A stretch of DNA of 64,000 nt from the NCBI RefSeq assembly GCF_009914755.1, contig NC_060925.1. One strand, 5' to 3'. Of this stretch, positions 12,878 through 27,039 are shown in pieces. Both the position numbers and the translations under genes were made by a program. Each line of letters opens with the position of its first letter. Positions within the stretch are counted from its first letter, which is position 1. Source of the DNA: the human T2T-CHM13v2.0 reference genome, Homo sapiens. Below the pieces are notes generated by a model. The model saw only the letters and a list, made by a program, of their open reading frames with translations. It ran no database searches and was not told where the DNA came from.

Positions 12878-13275
12878 CAGCCAGCCTTTTAAAATTTATG
12901 TCACTGAACTTTTGCTAAGTGCCTACTGCATGCAGTGGAAGAGCTGAATCAAACTAGTTCCTGCATGCTGGAGGTGCCAGTCTTTGGCGGGTGCCAGTCT
13001 TTGGCCATGATCAGGGTGTGCTGGCCAGATGGGAGACTTAGGAGTTTATGTCAAATGGGGTTGAGTTCCTGATACTCCTCAGAAGCTATGTTTTGGTATT
13101 TAATGTCTAACGGAAGCTCATGTTCTTGCTGGATTTTCTTGTTTGATTTGCTTTTGTTTTTCTGAAAATTCTACTCAGTCGATGTATTGATCAGTGAGAT
13201 TGCGGCTAAGCGTGGTTTTATAGGGTGGGCTCATTCAAGGGGTGAACAAGAAGACAGTTCACCTTCTCATGGAAC

Positions 13276-13362
13276 TTACATTCCAACACATACATATCTA
13301 ACATATTACATTCCAACACATACATATCTAACATATTACATTCCAACACATACATATCTAAC
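13276..13362. repeat. 30-bp perfect minisatellite, 2.9 copies
   Basis: Unit ttacattccaacacatacatatctaacata at 13276, 13306 and 13336 (27-bp partial), no mismatches. Confidence 0.95.
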
Positions 13363-16003
13363 CTGCCAGGTGCTTCCAAGTGCTGAGAAGCAAACCAAGC
13401 CATGTTTGAGGATAACAGGAGTAGAAGGCAGGGGGCAGGGGGAAGGGTGGGAGAGGAAGGTCTCTGATTAGGTGCCATGTGAACAGAGGCTGAGGAAGTC
13501 AAGAAGCCAGTGGCGTGGATCTCAGAAGAGCTTGGATGTCAGCCAGTCTCAGGATTGTGGTTCTGGAAGGTGTAAGCTCCAGCCAGAACCTGGGGGTCCC
13601 AGCACTATCAAGGGAGAGAGATGGTTCCTTTCCCTCAGTTTCTTCTCTCTGGACTTTGGGCCCAAATGACTCAGAGATGGTGACTTTCTCTAACCCTCTC
13701 AAAACCCATACTCAAGACATTTCCCCTTTCTCTAACCTAAGTCTGCCGTGTCCTTTCTCACCCCACTGGGCAGGTGGAGCACAGGAGGTCACTGCCCCCA
13801 CAGATCACATGGTGAAAAAGCAGCCCTAAGGTGGGAGGATGCTGAAAGATGTCCCTCAGGGAACTCCAGGGACATCCCCAAAGCAGTCCCCATAAGCCAA
13901 AAGGGCTTTAGTCTCCTGTTTGATCGTTAAAAGCCATGCATGTATAAAATTCTGCTTTGCAATCTATGCATGTATCTACCCATGTGGTAAAATATACATG
14001 TATTCAATTATTCACCTGAAAGATGGGCCAGGTCTACACTGAAGATCCACTAGGCCTCCAACACTCTGCTCTGACCCTGGAGACAAGGGCATCCACAGTC
14101 GAGAGCACAGGGCAGAGGAGACCCCTGGAATTCTAATCGTGACTTGCTATAGACATACCACGTGTCTTTCCTCGACAGAGGGAGGGGTCCCTGTGGCTCT
14201 TGGGCCCCCTTTCCAGGCAGCTGATGTCTCTGAGGACCCCAGTGAAGGGCAGGATGACGTGGATGATAAAAGCCTGAATTAGAGCAGGGTTGTGGGGGTG
14301 GGAATATGGGAGGAATGTTCTGGCCAGAGGCTCTCCTCTTTCCACCGGAGGGAATATAACACATCCCCTGAGAAAGCAGATGCGGCTGTTTCACAGGCCT
14401 CCTTGCTGAGGCTTCAGGGCCTGTCAGTGAATCCTAGCAGATCTGGTCCCTACCATGATGCCTGGCATCAAGAATCCTCAATCAGTATCTGTTAAATGAA
14501 TAAATGAAGGAATGGTCAACGAATGAATGGCTAAGTCACAAAGCACCAGCGGCCAGCCCCTGGCTGAGATGATTCTGGGGCACTTCTGGCCCTAATCATG
14601 CATTGGCAGTGCCTCCACCACCCTTTTGTTCCACTCTGAAGCAATCATTTGATGGACTGCCTGCTGCCCCCATGGTTTCCCTCTGTGGCTAATGCAGTAA
14701 AAAGAGCCATAGATTATAAACCACTAATTGTATTTAGAGAAAAAAAAATCTTGCCATAATAATGGGTACCAAATGACTGGGTCTCTGCTAATCACCTCGC
14801 ATTTATTATCTGTTTACTTCTCACACCAACTTTCCATCAACCCCGTTTGCTTCAGATTAGAAACCAAGGGCTTCACAAGGTGACATGTTTGCTGGGGAAA
14901 TGGGACTGGCTGTGAAGTCCTCTCTCTTCTTTGCTTGGCACAGGAAGAAAGAGCATTGGGGACTTGCTCCCCTCCCCATTTCAACTTCCCAGTCACATTC
15001 CTTCCAATAAGAAGAATCTAAGGCACTTAAATGCTATTTATTTATGCCTATGAGCATGGGGTGCAAGAGCTTCTGTCCAGGGAAGCTATGCATGGGGATG
15101 GCAGGTCCCAATTGGGCTTCGGTGGCTCCTGACTCAAGGCACTTGTTTCTAGGCTGCTGTAACCTATGAGTGGTCTGGTGTGGGGAGACACATGGCATGG
15201 GGCAATGGCACTTAGCTAAGCCAAACTGCCCAGGTCTGCAGCAGACACTGTTGGAGCTTGGCCCCTTCCCCTGTCTCTTGTCATTTCCTTGCACTCCAGC
15301 CTGACCTCCTGGCCTCAATTTTGCATGCACAGAGGACTGGAAGTTCTTGGGAATTAATGGCTGCCACTATCACTATCTCAGCCGTGGGCCAGCCCTCAGG
15401 TAACGGCTGCTGGGGGCAGGGTATAAATGCCCTGGTTCCCTCGCAGGTGCACAGAGTAGAGAATGAGCAAGTCAGGAGGGCCAGCATGTGACCTGGTGTA
15501 ACAGCATCACCCCCGGCTCGAGGATCCATGGGTCAGGGAGCATGAAATCACCCTGGGGTCCTACAAAGTGGGCACTATGACTCCCATTTTGCAGATGAGG
15601 AAACTGAGGATTCCCACCTGTGAGAGGCAGCAGCAGGATAGGAATTCAGGCCTGTCAGATTTAAAGGCCAAACACCTGCTGCAGGAGAGAGGCAGGGGAG
15701 AGGGTAAGAAGCTAAGTGCCAATAGGCAGACCTCAGGGCTAGGAAGAAGGGCAGTGAGGGTGAGGGGTGGTACGCTGGGCCAGCACAGGCATTTTATTCT
15801 GAGAACATGTTGGGGCTGGTCAGTACCTAGAGAGGAGTGCTGCAGGACACCCCCAGCTCCCAACTGATCCTGCCAGTTCTTGCCATGCACCCATGGCAGT
15901 GCCAGTCACCCAGGACCCAATCTGGCAGCTGCCTACCTCCAAAACTACTGGCAACTCTCACCTGCATTTCTGGCAGGGGGATGAGGAAAGTGGAAAGAAT
16001 CCA

Positions 16004-16520
16004 TTTTTTCCTGATTATAAAAATAGTACATACTGTGAAAATTTCAGAAAGTATAAAAAGAAAATAAAAATGACTTATGATCCCATCCTAGAGATCACCA
16101 CCATTCACATGTGAGTGTCCTTCTGGTAGACCTTTTTCTAGACACATATGCAGTTTGATTTTAGTTTTTACATCTATCAGCTATACTACTTTTTTCTTTT
16201 ATTGATATATTATCTGTATCTTTCAAGTCATTGAATATACACCTATGTCACCATCTTTAATAGCTGCATAGTATTGTGTTGTGTAGATGGCTCCCATTTT
16301 ATGTAAATCAACCTTACTGATAGACTATTGCTGGTTTTACAGTAAACAATGCTGCTATGAGCATCTTTAAAATAGTGTCTTTCTGGGGTCAATTAAGAAC
16401 ATGGATCAAAAGGCTTAAAAGGATACCATTCCCTTTGACCCAGTGATTCCACTCGGAAGCACTTGATGGTCTTAAGGCAGTAATCAGATGGAAGAAGGCC
16501 ACCAGCACGGATGATCCAGA
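16004..16520 (-). mobile_element. Ancient L1 (L1ME-type) 3' end with an apparently inverted 5' segment
   Basis: 16004-16368 reads as an antisense L1ME 3' region ('aatagctgcatagtatt', 'aaacaatgctgctatgagcatcttt'). 16369-16520 reads as sense L1 ORF2 end ('ccctttgacccagtgattccact'). Confidence 0.6.
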
Positions 16521-17894
16521 GAATCCAGAGAATAGGAACCAGACAGCAATGGAAGGATCCCCCATTCTTGAGTTAAGGCCAGGGCAGGCACATGGTTCAT
16601 ATATAAACATTATATGTCTTTCAGTCTTGAGTGCCTGGTGTGGACTAAGCACCTAATAAATGAAAGGTGAGACTGGTCACAAATGCAAGGTGGGAAGCCC
16701 GTCAGAAGTCACGGCAGGGCCTTTCCACAAGCTGGATTGGTGCTACAACCCTGGAATACTGGCTTTAGGTTCCTCTGGGTGAGGAACTTGTCCCTCTCTT
16801 GTCCACCCTTGTTACTTTCCCTCAGCTTCAGGGAGAGTAAATGAAGAAGCCAGGGGCTAGGCAGGTGACCAGAAACCCTAGTTTCATGGAACAATGACAT
16901 ACCAAAGCCACACATATCTTTGTTCTGTTCATGACCATGGAGAGGTCATTTCCTCATCTCTGCCCCACCTCCTTCAACTATTGAATGGGAAACTGTGGTC
17001 CACTCACCTGCACAAAGCAATCAGGGGGCAGCGCTGTGAACAGAGACTTTAGAGTAACATCATCATGACTGTCATCACCATCATGGCAACAATAAGGGCG
17101 GTTAACATTTACTGAGCACTTGTCACCTGCCAGGTACTGTTCTAAGTGCTTAGGCTATGCTAATCTTCATGCTAGCTCTATGGCGTTGATACTATCACAG
17201 TCACCATTGCATGATGGAGGCAGGAGGCTCAGAGAGGTCACCCAGCTGGCTTGCTGAATTGCTGGGGTCTGAACTTAGCAGCCTTCTTCTAAGACACAGA
17301 TATTGGTCAGAATGCCACAGACCCCCTGCCGCCCACCAGCGGGGTCCTTCAGGCTTCTTATTTGGCCTCTTTGAGGCTTGAGTTTCCTTGTCTGTAAAAT
17401 GGGGATACCACTTTCCATCTCATTGGCTTTGAGGACTCTCAGGGGAGCAGTGCACACAGGAGGACCACCACTCAGCTGGGCTCAGAGTGTGTGTGCCTTC
17501 CGCAAGCATCTGAGACAGGCGCCACAAATGAGGGCTGCTTGCTGCCCACACAAAGATGATCTGCCCCCAGTCAATATACACTTGTCTCTCTCTTGTCCAC
17601 CCTGTTAGAGACAGAACAAGGGGTCTCTATTTTCAGTCATGACAGGGATTCCTTCTAACCCTCCAATAGGCTGCAGACAGTGAATGTCACCCACTAGAAG
17701 GTATAAAGGCATACAAAGGTATGATGGGTGTAAAAAGAGGTTTGTTTGAAATTTGTGACTTCACACTTGGCACTCCTGGTAGGGATGGGTCACCCTCTGG
17801 CATCCATGACCATTTACCCATGAGCCCCTCTCACTTCCCCTGGGTGGGTTTCAGCAAAGGCAAAAAATGCATATGATTCCTGACCTGAGGGTTT

Positions 17895-17941
17895 CTTCCA
17901 GGATTCAAAGGCTCTCTGGACTCTCTGAAACCTTAGAAAAA

Positions 17942-17980
<39 letters not shown>

Positions 17981-18105
17981 TGGAGAGACAGAGAGAAGGA
18001 GACAGAGAGAATGAGAATAATTCTAGAGAGAGGGCCTGTAGCTGTCAAGCTGTCAACATAGTTTCACTGAGGCTCCTTCATTCCTAAGAAAATTTAGAAA
18101 TGCTA
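17895..18105 (+). mobile_element. hAT-Charlie MITE (MER103-like) containing a TG microsatellite
   Basis: 'tctagagagagggcctgtagct...cctaagaaaatttagaaatgct' resembles the MER103 3' half. Confidence 0.45.
17944..17979. repeat. (TG)18 microsatellite
   Basis: Perfect 36-bp dinucleotide run. Confidence 0.98.
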
Positions 18106-18595
18106 TGACAAAGGGTTTTCCCTGTGAAATGTCATTACATAGATCAGCCGTGTGCTCTCTGGCGCGAAATCCTCCCATCCCCTCACCCCACGGAACAGAG
18201 CTCACCTGGGGCTCACATAGCCCTAACTAATTTGGTCTTCATTAGCTATGTGATCTTGGATAAGACATCTCGCTTTCTAGCCCCTGTTCTTCCCATCTGC
18301 AAAACAAGTTGGACTTGTGAGTGGCTTCAGCATGTGCTCTACGGAGCTCCGGGGGCACAGGGGAGAGTGGTGTGGCCTTGGGGGTGAAATGTATGTGGGG
18401 GTCACCTCTGTCCAACAACAGCAGCTCTAGCTCTCACAGAATCTGCATGAAATGTTACATGAGCAAATGGCTCTGTAGCCTAAAGCCAAAATTGAAACAA
18501 AACCCTGGCCCAGTTGATCACTTGGAACCTTTCTGGCTTGTGAGGTCTGAGCCCTGAGCAGCACCAAGCTGCTCCGGTTCTGTAATCCTTAGAGG

Positions 18596-18820
18596 CGGTG
18601 GAGCCTCCTGGTTAAGAGTCAGAACCTGGGTGGAATCTTGGCTCTGCCACTCATTAAGCGCCATGACCTTAAGCACGTTGCCTAAAACTCTCTAGCCTGC
18701 TTCCTCTTCTACAAACTGCACACACCTACCCCACAGGGTCTCTGTAATGATTAAACAAATTAATAAACCTACAACACCTCGCCAGATCCACAGCAAGCAC
18801 TTGTAAGTGTTAGCAGCTAT
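18596..18820 (+). mobile_element. MIR SINE
   Basis: 'ggttaagagtcagaacctgggtggaatcttggctctgccactcatt...tgaccttaagcacgttgcct...taagtgttagc'. Confidence 0.7.
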
Positions 18821-18968
18821 CTTCTGTCACAACTTCTAACATGAGTCCACAAACATGGAATTCATCAACAAATGGCAGCTGAATAAACGAGGGAGTGAAG
18901 GAATGAATGACTGGAGTCCAAAATTCCATTAGTTGATTCTCTAAGTGAGCCCACTCAAAGCATTAATC

Positions 18969-19110
18969 CAAGGCTTCCTAAGCTCCAGTGTGTGCATCAT
19001 CTGGGAACCTTGTTACAAGGCAGAATCAGATTCTGCAGGTCTGGGCTGGGGCTGGGCCTTGGCATTTCCAGGTTCCAAGGCGAGGCCATTGCTGCTGGAC
19101 TGAGTAGCTG
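18969..19110. mobile_element. MER5-family hAT-Charlie MITE fragment
   Basis: 'catcatctgggaaccttgtta...gattctgcaggtctgggctggggc...gcatttcc...tgctgctgg'. Confidence 0.6.
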
Positions 19111-19142
19111 GGCCTTGGTTCATTGCCACTCATATTCATTAG

Positions 19143-19562
<420 letters not shown>

Positions 19563-19868
19563 CCCAGTGCACCCTTGGACTAGGTTCATAAGAACGGACA
19601 TGGGCATCCGTGTTAAACCCGAAGTTCATGTCTAGGCTCTACCATGCGATGACCAGCCAAGTCCCTGGTTTCTCTGGGGCTCAGCATCCTCACTTGTAAA
19701 GCAAGATCAGCAACACCCTCCCTGCCCAGCCCATAGAACTGCTCTGAGGATAAAAAGTGACAACAGATGGGACCATCCAGGGGCCAGAGGTCGTGATTAA
19801 CTGGCAGGCTTTATTTCCAACTTCTCCTCTTCACCCTTTGAATTCATCCCGAGGGAAACTGACACACA

Positions 19869-19894
19869 TTTTTTTTTTTTTTTTTTTTTTTTTT
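19869..19894. repeat. T26 homopolymer
   Basis: 26 consecutive T with no adjacent Alu or L1 body. Confidence 0.95.
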
Positions 19895-21119
19895 GCATAA
19901 TGGCATGCAAGGGAAGAGGAGAGGAAGTCAGCCTGCTAAATTTAGCAGATGCTTACGCCCCCTCACCCAGGGCTCAGCCCACGCATTTCACCATGAGTAG
20001 GTGCCTTTCTATATTTAACTTCTGCCTGCACCTTCCCCTTGAGCTCTGACACCAAAAACCCCAGGAGGATGTGGTGAGGAGGGAAGGGAAGTTCACGAAA
20101 TGAGCAGGGTTGACATCACATGAGGCCCCACCTGCACCTTCAGGTGTGCGTTCTTCAACCTTTCCCCTGTCCTTCTCTTGGAGCTTAAGACTCACCCAGC
20201 CAAAGTGTGACCAGAGATGCTACTGCCCTTTGGGACAACAGCACTCAGTGGTGGGCAAGGGACCATGAAAAGCCCAACAGAAGTCATGGCGAGGCAGGAG
20301 AGTGTCTAATGCTTCCCATAGGCACAGCACTAGGCCCATCTGCACAAGTGACCAAAGTGAATCCACACAAAAGCATCACACAGATGGTATCATACTCAGG
20401 CTGCCGGTGAGCAAGTGGGGGCCCCAAGAGAGGGAGTTGTCCAAAGCCTGTGATGGGTGGAGGGTCCAAAGCCTGTGGTGGGCGGAGGATCCAGGCCTGT
20501 TCTCCAACATGACCCTGTCCATATCACATTTGTCTTCTCACTCCACCTTCTTTATAGAAGACTGCTGGGGAGATGATGGGTTCAAGTCTTACCTATGTCA
20601 TCACTCAGGGGTGTGACTTTGAGTTAGTCCCTCTCCTTCTCTGGTTCCTCACTGCACAACAAGTCCACTGGACTGCCTTTCTGTTTGATTTCCGAAAATC
20701 TTCTTGATGACATCAGAATCCAACGATCAGAGGAAGTGAGAATGAATCCGGATGACTGACTTTCAAAACCACAGGGTGACCTCTGCGCTGCACCTCCCTG
20801 GTCAGCACACATGGAGTCTGTGGCAGTCACCCACGGAGGCTCCGCAATAGCTCCTCACCCTTCTGGGGAGCCCTCACTGAATGCCTCTGTGCCAAGCAGC
20901 TCAGCAGGCTCTGGGTGGACTGAGATGAACCAGGGGCCTAGACCTGGGTCCACCTCCAAAGAGGGGAAAAAGACCAGGGAAGACTGCGGCTCTGACTGTG
21001 ATGTGGTCAGCACGGCGATGGAGCTCCCATGGGGCACAGGGGCTGGTGCCTAACCCAGCCTAGGGGGCTGAGGGAAAGACCCAGTGGGAGGCAGACAAAA
21101 TACATCCAACACTCCAGGC

Positions 21120-21290
21120 CAGCAGTTCTCAAAGTATGGTTCCTGAACCCGGAGCATCAGCGTCATCTGGGAACTTGTTAAAAATGCAAATCCCTGGGCC
21201 TGTCCCAGACCGACAGAACCAGCAGTCTGTGTTTGAACAAGCCCAGGCCCTCCAGGTGATTCTGAGGCACTCTCAGTTTGAGAACCCTTG
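21120..21290 (+). mobile_element. MER5A hAT-Charlie MITE
   Basis: Termini 'cagcagttctcaaa' and 'tttgagaacccttg'; internal 'catctgggaacttgttaaaaatgcaaat' and 'ctccaggtgattctga'. Confidence 0.85.
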
Positions 21291-21659
21291 GCTTAGGGCA
21301 GGCCTTAGAAGACAGCAAAACCTTGAACTCTGACCTCTCTGGGTTCTATTCAAAGCTTGGCTAGGAAAAGTAACAATTCAGGAAAGTGTTCTAAATAATC
21401 TGGCGTCCCTTCTCTCCGCTGGACAATCTCAGTGCTCACTTTACAAAGTGTTAGGCTCAGGGAAAGATCCACATCTGAGTCTGGCTACTAGCCTGGCTGC
21501 TGCTCCACTGGCTACATCGCTGGGCACTGCCTTTGGGTTTTATTGAGCGTGTTTACAACCACAGAAAGACTGTCTCTGAGTTGCTGTAAAGCGGTTGTAT
21601 TCTATCAAGTTACACAAAACTCCTTCTGTAAAAACTCACGTGAGAACAGTGGCAGGTAA

Positions 21660-22262
<603 letters not shown>

Positions 22263-22321
22263 AAATAGAAAACAATGGAAGCGTTTCTAATGAGGGGCTG
22301 TTTACTAGGTGGCCGTTCATT

Positions 22322-23045
22322 TTCATTCATTCAGGTATTTATTGAGCAGGCATCGTGTGCCAGGCAGTGTATTAGACATTAGGCATACAGCAGCCGGTGA
22401 ATGAATGAACAAAATCTCTGTCCTCTGGGAGGGGAGACAACCAGGGAACCAGTAAGCAAGTGCAATATCCGTTGTGGGTCAGCAGGTGGTGGGGGTAAGA
22501 GGAGAAGGCAGCAAAGGCAATGCTGGAGGTGAGTGCCGATGGAGACTAGAGGGAAGGTGAGGAAGTGAGTGAGCTCTGTGGACAGCTGAGGAAGACATTC
22601 TGGGCAGAGAGAACTGTCTTCCAGACAGAAGGAAACAGCAAAAGAGCAAGAGCACGCGGCATTCTGGGTGGGTCTGAGGAACAGCAAAGACACCATAGCG
22701 GCTGCCGCAGGGTGACCCAGCAAGGAGAGTGGGACCTGGCCATCAGGGTCGTGCAGGACCTTGCAGGCCACCCAGGACCTTTGGCTTTCACTCTGGGTGA
22801 GAAGGGAGGATTTTGAGCAGAGGAGGACCCCTGATTTGTGTTTTAGAGGCAACCCTCTGGCTTCTGGGTGGTGAAGAGACTCCACTGCCCTTTGAGACAA
22901 GAGCACAGGAGACAAGGATCAGATTGCAATGCTGTTGGGAGGCTATCACAACAATAGTCTTTGCATGCTAGAGATAGCAGCAAGTGAGCCAAGGTAATGG
23001 CAATGGAGGTGAGAAGTGGTCAACTTTTGAGTACAATTTGAAAAT
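22322..23045 (-). mobile_element. L2 LINE 3' portion
   Basis: Begins 'ttcattcattcaggtatttattgagc'; internal L2 motifs 'ggactttggctttcactctg'-like and 'ggattttgagcagagga'. Confidence 0.8.
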
Positions 23046-23339
23046 ACGTTTGGGCTTTTCTGCAGAGCGATGCCTGCCTGCCGTACGTGTGGCTGCCTGG
23101 ACAGACGACTTAGTCTCCAGAAGCTGAGATGAGCGACAATAAGCAAGGAAGAGAGGGTGCAATATACCTTCAGAGGGAAAAAGGAGTCAGCAGGGGTCGC
23201 CACACAAACCTGCCTGCTCACTCTGTTGGACATTTCTGAAACCTCAAATGTGAATCTTGATATCACCAAGGTACCAAACTCTTCTACTCAGATCTGGGGG
23301 CACTGGCTGCCTGCTTAGGTTCAAAGGCAACCAAAGAAA

Positions 23340-23532
23340 TGCAATTTAAAATAAGGATGTGAATAATTTTTCAGTTATCAGATAGGCAAAGATTTTTTAA
23401 AATGATAACAGCCGGGGTTGGTGTGGGTGTATGGAAACAAGCGCCCCTACACTGCAGCGGAAGTTTAAATTAGTACCACCTTTCAGGAGCAGTTTGGTAA
23501 TACGTTATCACAAGCCTTGAAAAAGTACATGC
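23340..23532 (+). mobile_element. Ancient L1ME-type fragment (5' part; resumes at ~25010-25320, 25450-25511 and 26161-26250)
   Basis: 'tcagataggcaaagattttttaaaatgataaca...aaattagtaccacctttc...gcagtttggtaata'; collinear continuation after the nested elements. Confidence 0.55.
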
Positions 23533-24990
23533 CAAAGGAACCAGAACACTGAAACAATTTTGAAAAAAGAAAAATAAGGTGAGAAGCATCACTTTACCTG
23601 ATGTTAAGACATGATATAGCTACAGTAATCAAGAATGTGTGGTATTGGCAGGACAGATACATAGGTCACTGGAAACAAATAGCGAACCCAGAAATAGTTC
23701 CACATGGCTACAGCCAACCGAGTTTGGACAAAGGCAAAAAAGCAATTCAATGAAGGAAGCATAGTTTTTTTTTAACAAGCGGTGCTAGAAATATTAGCTA
23801 TCCATAAGGAAAACATGGACCTCAATGCAAACCTTCCACTTTATACAAAATTTCATCCAAAAGAGGTAATAGATTTAAACATAAAATGCAAAACCATAAA
23901 ACATTCAGAGATAACACAGGAGAAGATTTTCAGGACCTAGAGCCCAGTGAAGAGTCTTTAGGTGTGATATCAAAAGCACAATCCATAAAAGAAAAAAAAT
24001 CCACAAAATTGAATTTCATCAAAATTAAAAACTGCTTCGCATAAGACCCTGTTAAGAGAATGAAAAGGCAAGCTATGGACTAGGAGAAGATATCTGCAAA
24101 CAACAAATCTGACAAAGGACTCATATCTAGAACATACAAAGAACTCTCAAAACACAGCAGTCAAAAAAAAAAACACCCAAAATAATAAACAATCTAATTA
24201 GAAAATGGGCTAAAGACATGAATGAACACTTCACCGAAGAGGATATACAGATGGCAAATAAGCACGTAAAAAGATGTTCAATGTCATTAGCCATTAGGGA
24301 AATACAAATTAAAACTACAATAAAATACCCCTACATGGCTATTAAAACAGCTAAAATTAAAAATACTGACAATACCAAATGCTGGAAAGAATGCGGAGAA
24401 ATTGCATCCCTTGTCCATTGCCGGTGGGAATATAAAATGATATAGCTACACTGAAAAATATTAATAGTTTCTCAGTTTCTTTAAAAAAACTAAACATACA
24501 GTTAGCATAAGACCTGACAGTAATACTCCTGGGCATTTATCTCAAACAAATACAAATTGTGTGCACGTAATCTGTACTTGAATGCTCACAGCAGCCTTGT
24601 TTGTAAAAGCCAACAACTGGCCTACAATAGGTGATTAGTTAAACAAATTGTACACCCATACCAGGGAATACTACTCAGTGATTAAAAGGAACAGACTGTT
24701 GTTATACAGATCTCGGATAAATATTAAGGGCAATATGCTGAGTTTTAAAAGCCGATCTCAAAAGGTCATCTAATGTATGATTATAGAGATAGAGGACAAA
24801 CCAGTGGTTGCCAACAGTCAGGGATGACTGGGGGATGGGAAAAGTATGACTATAAAGAGGAGCAGTAAGAAGATCTTTCAGGTGATGGAATAGTTCTGTA
24901 TCTTGATTTTGGTGAATCTACACATGTGATGAAGTAACGTGATAAAATGACATAGACCTGTATGCCTACTACAATACAGTATCAAAACCA
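23533..24990 (+). mobile_element. L1 (L1MC/L1MD-type) degenerate ORF2 3' half plus 3' UTR
   Basis: ORF 24218-24445 '[34 protein letters not shown]' is the L1 ORF2p C-terminal region; A-rich sense strand with many stops and frameshifts. Confidence 0.92.
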
Positions 24991-25327
24991 GGGATTGATT
25001 CCTGGTTCTTTTTCCAAATTCCACTTTTACAAACTTATCCTAAGGTAATATTAAAAAGGCACCAAAGAGCCCTAGATCCCTGGATAAACAGGATCATTTC
25101 AAAGTTGTTTATAACAGTGGGAACTTAGAACAAACCTCTTCATGCCAATAATTGGTTAAATAGACTAGGATAAATATATCCAATGGAATATTATACAATC
25201 ATTGAAATGATGATGTAGTTCTACATTCGTTGATATGGAAAGACTTTCTCAATATACTCTTAAAGGGAAAAGATTACTTAAAAGCACCATATGGTTCTTT
25301 AAAAAATAAAAAGTTATACGAATATAT

Positions 25328-25445
25328 AGACTGCAAGCTCCCTGAGGGCAAGGATTTTTGTCCGTATCATTTACTCCAGAATCCCTGGATCTCAGTATAG
25401 TGCCTGACAGAAAGTAGGCACTCAATAAATATTTGTTGAATAAAC
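25328..25445 (+). mobile_element. L2 LINE 3' end nested in L1ME sequence
   Basis: 'gactgcaagctccctgagggcaagga...gtaggcactcaataaatatttgttgaataaa'. Confidence 0.85.
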
Positions 25446-25511
25446 AAATAATATACACACACATTTGCAAAGTCTAGAAAGTTATTCTGCAATAAAATAT
25501 TAGCAATGGTT

Positions 25512-26160
<649 letters not shown>

Positions 26161-26253
26161 CAATGGTTATCTCAGAATAGGGGAATGGAGGAATTTTGGT
26201 TGATTTGGTTGATTAATTACAGCCCCTTCAGTCTGTTTATATTTTCTACTTTG

Positions 26254-26256
26254 TAT

Positions 26257-26295
<39 letters not shown>

Positions 26296-26581
26296 TTTTT
26301 GAGATGGAGTTTCACTCCTGTTGCCCTGGCTGGAGTGCAATGGTGCGATCTCAGCTCACTGCAACCTTTGCCTCCTGGGTTCAAACTAACCTCCTGCCTC
26401 AGCTTCCAGAGTAGTTGGGATTACAGGGATGCGCCACCACACCCACTAATTTTGTATTTTCAGTAGAGACAGGGTTTCTCCACATTTGTCAGGCTGGTCT
26501 TGAACTCCCGACCTCAGGTCATCCACCTGCCTCGGCCTCCCAAAGTGCTGAGATTACAGGTGTGAGCCACCGCTCCCAGCC
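26254..26581 (-). mobile_element. Alu (AluSp-like) with (TAAA)n tail
   Basis: 'ggagtttcactc', 'gggtttctcc', 'gaactcccgacctcaggt'; short TSD tacttt. Confidence 0.95.
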
Positions 26582-27039
26582 TACTTTCTACTTTTTAATA
26601 ACAATTATATATTCTTTATGGAATATATATTTTTGAAGTACACAATCACAAACAAAGTGGAGAATGTGCTGTGGAGATCTCTGGCCTGATTGGGCAAAGG
26701 TGGGGGTGGTGCAGTTGGATGACATCCAACCAAGGCTGCCTGCCCCAGACAGGTTTTGGTGGGGTCTGAAGACCATTCCCAGGGCTCTGGTGTGAGGGAC
26801 ACTATGTTTGGAGTGAGAACCCTCATAAGAGATCTTGACAATAGTGAGGCCCCCTATAAGCCAGAGAGATGATAGAATGATGAGCCAGGTACACAGGGAA
26901 TGGGGAGAGAAGGCATCAGTCCTGGTCCAAATCTCCTCTGGAGAGGGGCTGGGGGAGGACACAGGACAGAAACCTGCAGACACATCTATCCACCAGGGCC
27001 TATCTTATGCACAGCCTTCCACGCTTCAGTGGACCAAGG

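Noticed and set aside
13276-13362. 30-bp direct repeats of CRISPR-like length
   Set aside because: The copies are contiguous with no spacers, there are no cas genes, and the context is primate DNA.
17016-17035. CTCF-like AGGGGGCAGC (also ~54648)
   Set aside because: The 5' half of the CTCF consensus is mismatched, so it cannot be supported without ChIP data.
20700-20765. TGATGA...CTGA, possible C/D-box snoRNA
   Set aside because: The C box lacks the leading purine, the spacing is short, the terminal stem is weak and no rRNA guide is recognisable.
24218-24445. ORF with true protein homology (L1 ORF2p)
   Set aside because: A short open stretch of a decayed L1 with flanking stops and frameshifts, not a functional CDS. 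The same applies to 28073-28387.
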